Assembly (NCBI GenBank): GCA_031835245.2
Contig: JAVKOQ020000094.1
Coordinates: 1 to 64,000 of the forward strand
Source of the DNA: Balamuthia mandrillaris
Taxonomy: Eukaryota
Direction: 5' to 3'
Length of the DNA stretch: 64,000 nucleotides
Below the pieces are notes generated by a model, which worked only from the letters and a program-made list of their open reading frames with translations, had not been told where the DNA came from and made no database searches. The position numbers were made by a program, and so were the translations under genes. This document shows, piece after piece, positions 1 through 9,810 of this stretch; position 1 is the first letter of the stretch, and each line of letters begins with the position of its first letter.

Positions 1-698
1 AGCAATGTAGTCAACCAACTCCTTCAATATCTCTCTCTTAAGTTCTTTGCTTTCGGCATCGGATAGAGGGTTCGTAAAGTCGAAGACCACGCAGCATTGC
101 CGTATCTTTTGAACGAGCAGATCTTGCCTCTGGCCTTCGGGCACCTCTGCAGAATGGAAAGCACCGGCGTTGTGTATGAGAATACAAAAAAAAAAATGAA
201 GTCCAGCGCGTATGCCAAAGGAAGAGTTTCTCACATAAAAACGCAAAGACAAATAAAAAATGCAGATAAAACGCACATTTAAAACAAAAAAGAAAGAAAA
301 AAGCAAGAACAAGAAGAGACACACAAATAGCATCAAAAAAATAAATAAAATAAATAAAAATAACAAAGCGATATTACCATGAAAACCAGGAAGCCTCTCA
401 AGCTTTGCCCTAGACTTTTCGTTGAAGCGAGAGGAGGAAGATCGGCGAGGGCCTGACTTCTTGATGGGGAGGTCTGATAGTGGAGCCCTCGTATATTTGG
501 GCAGAGGTCCACTGAGGGGAGGCGGCACTCTCTTGCCCTTGTTGCTGGCCTTCTGCAAATAGTTTGTGAAGCAGCAGTCTCCATTAATAACCCCACACGC
601 GCACATATTTACATACACATCTCTCACTCTCTCTCTCTCTCACTCAACGTTCACTTTGATGGGAGCGCGAGGGGGACACAAACCTGAGGCGCTGACAT
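1..698 (-). CDS. PPP2R5: PP2A regulatory subunit B' (B56), 5' part; gene continues beyond window start
   Basis: Manual splicing of exons 698-684, 552-378 and 146-1 gives MSAPQKASNK...SSSRFNEKSRAKLERLPGFHEVPEGQRQDLLVQKIRQCCVVFDFTNPLSDAESKELKREILKELVDYIA. This matches the start of the B56 domain (K..QCC..FDF.DP.SD...KE.KR..L.ELVDY). Confidence 0.9.
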
Positions 699-1810
699 GC
701 TCAACCTCGCTCGCTCGCTACACAGACCACGCAGGTCCTTTGGTCCTTCCCTTCTCTAAGCCACTACTACCCCCTTTTTTTTTGTTGGGCTTTGTTTGTT
801 TTTCTTTCGTTCGTTCTATCCAAGACCAAAGAAGAAGAAGAAGAAGGACCACCACCACCACCACCACCCCCCAACAACAACAACAACAACAAGAAAAATA
901 CAAAAACAAAACGTCAAAAAAAAAACCCCCCCAACAAGAGCAAGCGGAAGAAAAGGAAGAAAGGAGGTTGGCACAAGCAAGTAGTCTGCTTTTTTTAACC
1001 AAAAAGACAGAAAGGGAGTGAACGAATGGTGCACCCAAAACTGGTCCTGCGCGAACAAGGTGTTATTATGGAAGTGGTGGCGGTTCGCGTAAAGAGCCGA
1101 TTGCTCAAATGGGGAGGTTGCGGGAGGGACGTATCATGGCGACTGTTCACCTTTTTTAGCCGGGAGGATCGTCTCTCTGCGATCTGCACGCTTTATGGTT
1201 GTTTAAAACCTTGTGTTGCTGTGCTGAGCACTTTGCTTTAGATCCGCTTCGAGGAGGGTTGAAAATTTGCTACATGGTTGGGCAGTACCACCGCGCTGCT
1301 GGTGCAGCATAGGGGTTGGTTTCCCCACCAAACCCAGGCACGCGGGAGGCATTATACCGAGTTCGTTGCTTCACAATGATGAATTGCTGTGCTGTAAACA
1401 CCTCAATGTCGTGGCATTATGACGTACACAGAGCATCCCCCCCGCCCACCCCCACTCTGAGTCGCACCCAATTTCCCGCGCGAGTGTTGGAATGCCCTGC
1501 TGCAACCCTGCCCACCCTACCTGCTGCTGGTACCCAGTAAAACGGAGGGAGGGAACACACAGCCCATCCGCAACCCTCAACTTAGGGTTGGTTAGGTTTG
1601 GGTTTGCTTAGCCCTTAACCAAACTAGATGAAGTCTATTAGGGTGGGCGTAATATTTCTCGCTAAATAACCTGAGGAGTCATGTAGTGATATTTTTTTTT
1701 TTCGCTTTGGCGGCGCTGGTGGGGTGAGGTCGTCTTTCCGCAGCAAGAAAAAAAAAATAGCCACAAGCAGCGCGAGCAAAAAAAATAAAATAAAACCTGG
1801 GCGAGAAGAG

Positions 1811-2325
1811 ATGAAGTCTTTCGGACGACCAACCTTCTTTTTCGGAAAGGTGCGCGCTGATGAGGAGGACGACGTGGAGGAGGTAGAGGAGGACCAGGAG
1901 GAGAGCGTGGAGGAGGAACAACCCGAGGAGGAAGAGGAGCAGGAGTGGGAACTTCCGGCCGAGGTGGACACTGCGCAAAAATTGGTGGAGTACTTCACCA
2001 CCAAAGTGCGAACGCCAGGCTACAACCCCCACTTCCCCAACACCAACCAGTCCAAACACTGTTGGTCTCTCTACATAAATTATCACCGCTGCGTGAAGCT
2101 CAAGGGGGAAAATGACCCCGAGTGCAAGCATTTCCAAGGCGCTGCTTCCTCCATGTGCCCTACCTCCTGGGTAAACTATCCCTCCTCTCTCCTTTCTTCC
2201 CGTTTGGTGGGTAGCGTAGTAGTACTAACTTGTCGCTCTCTTTCTCGCAGACGGACGCCTGGGATGAGGCTCGTGAGTCCGACAGATTTGCCACCCCGTA
2301 TGCCGACTCTGGCTCGGATGAATAA
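1811..2325 (+). CDS. COX6B: Cytochrome c oxidase subunit 6B (COX12) with acidic N-terminal extension
   Basis: Contains P.FPNTNQSKHCW..Y..YHRC...KGE....C..F......CP.SW. Intron 2171-2250, then TDAWDEARESDRF...stop. Confidence 0.92.
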
Positions 2326-2890
2326 AAAAAAAACGGACTACCAAAGCAGCAAGTTTGTTGGCTGGGTCAGGCAGGCACTTTTGAAAATAATAAACAACAA
2401 AAAAAAAAAAAATCGTTCGCTCGTCCCCTTTCATCTGCGCACAGGTTTGGTTTGGCTCTGTGGACAGGACCACAGTTGGTCCTCATGTGGAGCAGTTTTG
2501 GTGCAGCCTAAACGAGGGGTACTTCTTCAGCCCTCCTAGCACGATTCGTGAACGAGTTGTCCAACAGTGTAGCACCCCAAAAGGCTTTTTTGCAGACATT
2601 GCTTGACCAATGAAAAGCGGCCCAAAAAATCCAGTTTTCCGGTCTTGCAGTGCGGTGATTGGATAGACCAACACCTAACCGTTAAACGTTGGTCGTTATA
2701 AGTTTTGTTCCTTATCATTTTCTTTCTTGAAGCCGTTATTTTTGTTTCCAACGGTTCTCTCTTGTTGCTTCATCAAACGACAAACCTTTGGCACCTCTCT
2801 CTCTCTCTCTTTTGTGCCCTTTCCTCAAGTTACCACGCCAATATCCTAACCAAATCGCCCAACAACAACGAGCCAACAAAACCAAAGGAG

Positions 2891-3574
2891 ATGCCTCGCG
2901 CCCCAGCTAAAACCACAGGAAAGGCCCACCCTGGCTACGAAGAAATGATAACGCAGGCCCTGGTGCACTACAATGACAAGACAGGCTCCAGCGTGCCCGC
3001 CATCACCAAGTACCTCCGACAGGAGTACTCCGACCTGCCTGAGAGCTTCGAGCGCAACCTCAAGTTGCAGCTGAAGCGACTGGTGGACTCGGAGAAGCTT
3101 GTCAAGGTGAAGGCCTCCTACCGTCTGTCCCCCAAGCTGCGAGCTCAGCTGAAGAAGAAGGACAATAAGCCCGCCGCCACCAAGAAACGTTCCAGGTCCA
3201 AGAGCCCCTCCGCCACGGACCGTGCCAAGAGCCCCTCCCGCGGACGCTCCAAGTCCCCCTCTCCCAAGACCACCAAGTCTAGGTCCAAGAGCCCTGCTCC
3301 TCGCGGACGCTCCAAGTCGCCTTCTGCCTCCAGCAAAAAGACTAAGACCACCACCACTACGAAGAAGCCCAAGACCACAACCAAGACTGCTTCCTCTCCC
3401 AAGAAGAAGGCGGCCCCCAAGAAGACCACCACAAAGCAAAAGGCTGTGCCGCAGAAGGCCTCTACCTATTCCAGCAAACCCAAGCCCCGAACCACACAGA
3501 ACAGCAAGCACGCAGGCCAAGAGAAGGGCACACGACACCTCCCTGTCCGCAAAGCCAGGGCCGGCAGCAAGTAA
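2891..3574 (+). CDS. H1: Linker histone H1 (winged-helix globular domain plus K/S/T/P-rich tail), intronless
   Basis: HPGYEEMITQAL...KTGSSVPAITKYL...LKLQLKRLVDSEKLVKVKASYRL, followed by a basic tail. Confidence 0.92.
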   Translation: MPRAPAKTTGKAHPGYEEMITQALVHYNDKTGSSVPAITKYLRQEYSDLPESFERNLKLQLKRLVDSEKLVKVKASYRLSPKLRAQLKKKDNKPAATKKRSRSKSPSATDRAKSPSRGRSKSPSPKTTKSRSKSPAPRGRSKSPSASSKKTKTTTTTKKPKTTTKTASSPKKKAAPKKTTTKQKAVPQKASTYSSKPKPRTTQNSKHAGQEKGTRHLPVRKARAGSK

Positions 3575-4160
3575 ACCTCCAGTAGCGGACAGCAGTGAGG
3601 AGTCGTTATTGCCTTCGTCTCTGTATACCCGTTTTTGCGTGGTTACTTGCACCACCCAACCACCATGTTTGTTGCTGCTGCGCCACCCGTTCGCACTGAC
3701 CAAGGGAGATATCTACCCCACTTTATGTTTGCTTGCTTGCCTTTTTGTTGTCAGTGGAATGAGTCTACATTTTTTGTTTATTTGCTTGTATAAAAATAAT
3801 TTGTTTTCGTTCATTCTCTTTTCCTCACCACCCCACCCCTCCTGCACAACCAGAAGAAGAAGAACAACAACACCAAAACATTAAAACAAGAACACCCACC
3901 ACCTTCCCCAAACACAACGGAGCCGCCGCTCTGCGGAGGTGCAGTTCGCGACGACATGAATAAATTCAACCGCTTGAGGGTTGCTTTGAAAATAGCGGGG
4001 AATGCTTGGTTTTATTGGGGCGAAGAAAAACGGTTGGTGCTGGGGAGAGCAAGCAACAGCTACTACTACACTGGTGACGGAAGCACTTGGCTCCGCGCAA
4101 CAAACTTTTTCAAAAAATATTGCAGGGGGAGGAGACAAAAATACCAAACGAGCACGAACG

Positions 4161-4791
4161 ATGCAAGGTGAAACTGCAAAGAGTGCTGAGGGCAAGACGT
4201 TCACTTCTGTCAAAGCGGTTGGCGTGGCCGCTGATCGTAACGCCCGTTACCGTAGAACGATGGAGGTTTGGTTTTCTGTTTTTTTTTTTTTTAAAAAACT
4301 GCCACATTACCATTCCTCCTACTCGCTAACACTCCTTTGTTTCTATTTTCATCTCGTGATTTTCGTTCTTGTTTACAAAAAAAAAAATAGGACGCACACG
4401 TTGTGCTGGACGGGTTCGCTGGTGACGAGTCGCAAGGATATTTTGCTATTTATGACGGTCATGGGGGGCGCCAAGCCGTCGAGTTTGTGGCCAAGTCATT
4501 CCACCTTGTAACAACTACCACCCTCTATTCTTTTTTTTAACAATACTCCTTGTTAACCCAAAAAAACAAAATGCAAAGAACTTGGAAGAGGCACTGAAAG
4601 AGCACACAGACAATGTAGAGGAGGCTTGGAAGGCCACATACAAGAAAACGGACGATCAGATCAAAGAAAATAACATAATGTACGCTGGCACCACTACTGT
4701 CACCGCCCTCGTTCGGAAGAAAGGTGAAGAGAGGTGGCTTTACGTTGCTAATGCTGGTGATGCCCGTGCTGTACTTTGGTCTGCTCTCAAC

Positions 4792-4828
<37 letters not shown>

Positions 4829-5456
4829 CTCATGCTTTCTTGCCTCCTCGCTATCTATTTTCTCCAATTAACATGCCGCACTTTTTACAACCAACACCTT
4901 TGGGTGACAAACTATGGCATTCCTATTCCGCTGATGGCAATGCTGGTGGCAACAGCCGGGCGGGAACTGGAACAGTGCTGACATACGAACACAAAGCCTC
5001 AGACGAGAGTGAGGCCAGCCGAGTGCTTGCAGCGGGCGGCTTCATCACCCAAAACAGGGTGAACGGTATTCTTGCTGTTACTCGCTCTTTGGGTGACTGC
5101 GCCATGAAAGCCTATGTACTCGGAGACCCTTACACCTCGGAACTCAAACTGGAACCGACAGACACTCACCTCATTCTTGCTTGTGATGGCGTACGCCAAA
5201 AAAAAAAAAAGATTCGTTCTCTCTCCTCCTCCCCTTGTCTCTCCTCTCTTTCCTCCGTTTGTAGTGCGATTTCTCTTACTGATGTTTTTTTTTTTGGCAA
5301 TGAATGCCACAGCTGTGGGATGTATGTAATGAGCAGGAAGCTGTAGAGTTGGTGAAGGAGGAGGAAACGCCCGATGCTGCCGCAAAGAAGCTTTTAATCC
5401 ACGCCCTCAAAAACGGAAGCACCGACAACATCAGCGTCATGGTCATAGTTTTGTAG
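4161..5456 (+). CDS. Protein phosphatase 2C (PPM family, Ptc1-like)
   Basis: Motifs RRTME|DAH, YDGHGG, GTT, ANAGDARAVL, RVNGILAVTRSLGD, LILACDG|LWD and GSTDNISVMVI across 5 exons; stop at 5454-5456. Confidence 0.93.
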
Positions 5457-5545
5457 TTAATCTATCACATATAAAAAAACCCTTAACTTGTTTATCGTTT
5501 GTTCTTCTAAAGCCTTAGTCCATATTAAAAAAAAAATGAGCATCA

Positions 5546-6582
5546 TCATAAGATAACCCGCCGAAAGGTGAGGGAGACCCTGCGCTTCCGTTCGAAGGAG
5601 AGGCCATTGGGCAGCTTGTCCTTTCGTCGAGCGGGGATGGAATGAGTCCATTCATACCGGCTTGGTCCTGTCAGTAGTACCAGGGAACGTTGGGCCAAGG
5701 CCATAGGTCGTTTCTGTCCAGCACTGTTCTTGAACTCCATGACGCAGGAAGAGCCCAAGCTTACAGATACAATCCCATCATGGAATAGCTCCGGTTTGTC
5801 AATGTGCGGGTTTATTCCTTGCCCTGGCAGGTACTGTCGAGACGAAGAGAGGTATGCTTATTAGTTAGGCATCAAAAGAGTAGTAGCGGAATAGAATAGA
5901 CCTACCTCATTTACAATGACTTGATCAGGTGCTTGGGAAAGTATGCCTCGCGAAAGCAGTCGTTCCACTATGTCTTTACAAAAAGAAGGCAAAGGTCCTA
6001 AGTGTGCCGACTTGTCCAACTTCTTCTTTCTGTTTATTTGTAACACAACAAAAGAGAGAAATGAGGGTCAGTCAGGAAGAAGAGCAAAGAGGCAAGCGTG
6101 GCTCACGTGTAGTCATATTTGTAACCGTAGTGCTGCACTCTGCGCCGCAGATCAGAAAGCCAAGGCTGTTCGTCTATCTTCTGCAGGAGAAAGGCTTCCT
6201 CTTCTTTCGAAAGAAAATTTGGATAGTATTTAAGTCCCACTACGTCCTCCATGCCCATTGCGATTCCTCCACCCTCCTCCTCTTCCTCCTCCTCTTCCTC
6301 CCGTTTGCTCCGGTCATGGCCATTCAGTTTGGCTTTGCCTTTTTCCTTGTTATTATGCGCTGCTGCTTGTGCCATCATCGCTACTCTACTTTTTTTCTTT
6401 TCTCTGCAGCTGAGGGCGTGCTCTTCATCGAGCACAGGATGACCGCTACCGTCTGCCAGCCCGTTGCTGTGTTGCGCTGTTACTTCCTGCTTCTCCTGTT
6501 GCCCAGTGGAAGGTGGACCGTGCGCACCCAAAGGAGGCCTCGTTCTTTTCTTGCCGCTGAATAACGCTTGCTCATGCTCCAT
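5546..6582 (-). CDS. AlkB-family 2OG-Fe(II) dioxygenase (ALKBH8-catalytic-domain-like)
   Basis: Motifs GLKYYPNFLS.EEE, RRVQHYGYKYDY, PDQVIVNE|YLPGQGIKPHID (HxD), SLGS, RYEWTHSI and RRVSLTFR; 3 exons. Confidence 0.9.
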
Positions 6583-6895
6583 TGCAAACACCCGTGCGTT
6601 TCAGCTCCTCCTCCTCCCTTTCTTTTCTTCGCTACGCTTTTTTGGTTTTTTTTTTCTTTTTACTTTTTTTTTAAAATTTTTCTAGGAATTCATCCACCTC
6701 ACCAGCAACATGCGTTCCTCTCCACCACCAGTTGGGGGGTAAACAAGACCTTTCGATGTCCTCCTTCCGAGTGTGGCTACCACGCCCCCGGCGTTAGCAT
6801 CTCGACCCACACTAGGGTTGAGGGCATCGAGAGGTCTTGTTTACCCCCCAAGCGAAAGAAAGAAAATTTTCATTTTATTGATAAATGGCCAAGAG

Positions 6896-8711
6896 TTATT
6901 CCTCCATGCTCCTAAACGCGGCTTGGACTTGCTCTTGGATAGCCTTGAAGCGGGAGACAAGGGCTTCTTCACCGTCAGCGGGGTCTTCGAACTTCATGCT
7001 GGTGAGCTTGTAGATGACATCACCCATGTGTTGCCTGATGGCATTGAAGGTGATCTTGCCGTCCTCGTTGGTCTTCTCGACGGCCTTCTGGGCGAGGTCG
7101 TGGAAGAGAATGATGTTACGCAGCAGCCAAATGGTCTTGTAGAACGGGCAGAAGCGATCGTAGGCGGAGAAGCCATTCTGTTGCAAGAAGTCGTCACGGA
7201 TGATTTTGGCGACCTCAAGGGTGATCTTATCGGACTCGGCGAGGGAGTCCTTGCCGACCAGCTGCACGATCTCTGTCAAGTTCTCTTCCTTCTGGAGGAT
7301 CTCCTTGCATTTGACCCTCAGGTTGGTGAACTCCGAGTCCACGGTGTCGTAAAATGACTCCAGAGGCTTCTCGTACTTGCTGAAGCTCACCAGCCAATTG
7401 ACGGAGGGGAAGTGCTTGCGTTGAGCCAACTTCTTGTCCAATCCCCAAAAGACTTGTACGATACCCAGAGTGGCAGATGTCACAGGATCGGAAAAGTCAC
7501 CACCAGGTGGCGATACTGCTCCTACAATGGTAACACTTCCTGTTCGCTCCGGTGATCCGTAGCAGCGTGCCTTTCCTGCTCGCTCGTAGAAAGATGCCAA
7601 CCTTGCTCCCAAATATGCAGGATAACCGCTCTCTAGTGAAGAGAAGGAAAAAAGAAATAAGAGAAAGGAAGAGAAAGGGAAGGAGTAAGGGAAACAAACC
7701 AGCAGGCATTTCAGCCAAACGTCCAGAAATCTCTCGAAGAGCCTCAGCCCAACGAGAAGTGGAGTCAGCCATCATGGATACGTTGTAACCCATGTCCCTA
7801 AAGTATTCCGACAGGGTGATACCAGTATAAATAGAAGCCTCACGGGCAGCTACTGGCATGTTGGAGGTATTTGCTACCAACGCCGTTCGTTTCATGATAG
7901 ACTCTTCTACATCCTTAATTTGTACTGTCAACTGCACGATGACAGTCAGTAAACGCGTGATAATACGGTCCCGAAGGGTGATAGGAACGCAGAGGGAGGG
8001 GAGGCTGGAAGAGAACAAAATATTGTACCTCAGGGAACTCCATCAATACTTCGGCCATCTCGTTACCTCGCTCTCCGCATCCGACGTAAATGATGACATC
8101 AGAGTTGGAGTATTTCGAAAGAGCCTGAGAAATCACAGTTTTACCACAGCCAAAGGCTCCTGGAATGGCAGCAGTGCCTCCCAACACGCAGCTAATTAAG
8201 TTGCACCTTGGTTAGTGATGGCAAAATTAGATACGTATGTAGAAGAGAGCATAACGAACGGGAAAAGAGCGTCAAGGACACGCTGGCCAGTCAGAAGAGG
8301 ATAATCACTTCGAAGCTTTTGGGCTACTGGGCGAGGATTTCGCACAGGCCAAGACTGAACCATTGTGAACTTCTTAACTTTATCTCCAAACTCAACTTCC
8401 AATACGGTGTCCTGTTGATGACGTAATAGCATCATTAGCGCTAAATAGATAGAAAGGTAACAAAAGAAAGAAGAGAAGAGGGAGAACAGACCTTCAGAGT
8501 ATAGTTGTTGGCCTCCGCAATGTAGGTAATAGTACCCATTTCATTAGGGGGAAGGCAAATTCTATGAACAATAAGAGAGTTTTCGACAACGCTTCCAAAA
8601 ATGTCTCCTCCAGTGATGTTGTCGCCAACCTGGTAGTGCGTGATATTGCAGAACAACATTTAAGCAAGTCACAAGGTTAAATAAATCAGGATGGCTTACC
8701 CTCAAATGTTT
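6896..8711 (-). CDS. vatA: V-type H+-ATPase catalytic subunit A, N-terminal region (about 140 aa) absent
   Basis: Motifs [54 protein letters not shown] and [13 protein letters not shown]. The reading frame is intact from [13 protein letters not shown] to the stop. An in-frame TAA lies just upstream and no further vatA exons are visible. Confidence 0.93.
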
Positions 8712-9078
8712 CTCGTACAAGGCTTACTTTTTATGTATAGATTGGTGTTGCTCTCAGAGCAAATAAACTTTTTATTACTACTACAAGTTTGCCCCCCACC
8801 CCACCCCCCCACCCCACCCCACCTTCGCCAAGTCATGGGGTCACTTCTTCGTCTTCGTCACACTCTCTCTTTTTCAAAGCTATTTAGAGAATGTAAAGAA
8901 TTTGAAGGTGTAAAAATTTCCTTGAAAAATTTTAAAAGCAATTCATAAAATTTTTGTAGACATGCTTGAGGAGCACTGTGTTTTTTAGGTGCACTCCTAA
9001 AAACCTGCTCCACTTGACCTTCATTTGTGCTTGGCAAAAAGAAGAAAACAAATTGAAAAAAAGAACAGAAAAGAAAAG

Positions 9079-9592
9079 ATGGACGCCATAGCGGGCATGG
9101 TTGGCAAGCAGCTGGTCACGAACAAGTTCAACTCCTTCACCGAAGATATCTTTGGCAAAGAGGAAAGCCCCAGCCACGAGAATTTGGGACCCACCGCCGA
9201 AGAGATCAGCCGAGCACGGGAGGAGGTAAGCAGGAGGGAGCGCCTTCTATCGCAATCCAATCTGTCTCTCTCTTTGACTGACTTTTTTTTTTTAAAAAAA
9301 GGAGCTGAAAGAGAAACGAAAGAGAGAAGCCAAGAATGCTAAAATACGTGAACAGAACGAAAAGAAAAGAGGTACGTTCTGTCGATGTCTTTATTTTTTA
9401 AACACAAGTTCAAGAGAAGAGAAAGAAATGTTAATCAATCATGACTTTTTTCTCTTGTTTCTTTTAGAGGCCATTCGTAAAAAATATGGGCTCTCGAAAG
9501 ATGGGGCAGGTTCTTCCTCTTCGTCAGGTTCGGTTAGCTCCTCCCGAGCGGTAGTCCAAAGCAGCGACTGTTTGGGCTGTTCTTTGTACTGA
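9079..9592 (+). CDS. Complexin-like small protein, 113 aa, 3 exons (9079-9225, 9302-9371, 9468-9592)
   Basis: Spliced product: MDAIAGMVGKQLVTNKFNSFTEDIFGKEESPSHENLGPTAEEISRAREEELKEKRKREAKNAKIREQNEKKREAIRKKYGLSKDGAGSSSSSGSVSSSRAVVQSSDCLGCSLY. Donors are GTAAG and GTACGT, and intron phases are consistent. Confidence 0.7.
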
Positions 9593-9810
9593 TTGTTTAT
9601 CGCTCGATCGGTTTTTTTTTCTCTCATAACAACAAGCGAGCGCGAGAGAGAGAGAGAGAGAGAGAGAGAAAGAAGAGGGAAAGAGGTGATTCTGTTTTGG
9701 ATCATGCTTTGTAAATAATAACAAGTTCAAACTAACTACAGTGAAGACGACGACGTGTAATGCTTTTTTTGTTTTGCGTTTTCCTTTTGTTTTGTGGTTT
9801 GTTGTTTTCT

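Noticed and set aside
566..1058. Poly-Q/poly-H/poly-P ORFs upstream of PP2A B56
   Set aside because: Open in several frames only because of trinucleotide microsatellites; probably leader or promoter sequence.
1571..1626. Telomere or telomerase RNA template
   Set aside because: Only one TTAGGG plus degenerate copies; no tandem array and no 1.5-repeat template.
2846..3703. Long antisense ORFs opposite H1 (likewise opposite vatA, RPL8 and ankyrin-RING)
   Set aside because: Explained by codon bias and low complexity of the sense gene; no recognisable motifs.
8040..8100. VMA-type intein in V-ATPase A
   Set aside because: The insertion site [11 protein letters not shown] is uninterrupted.
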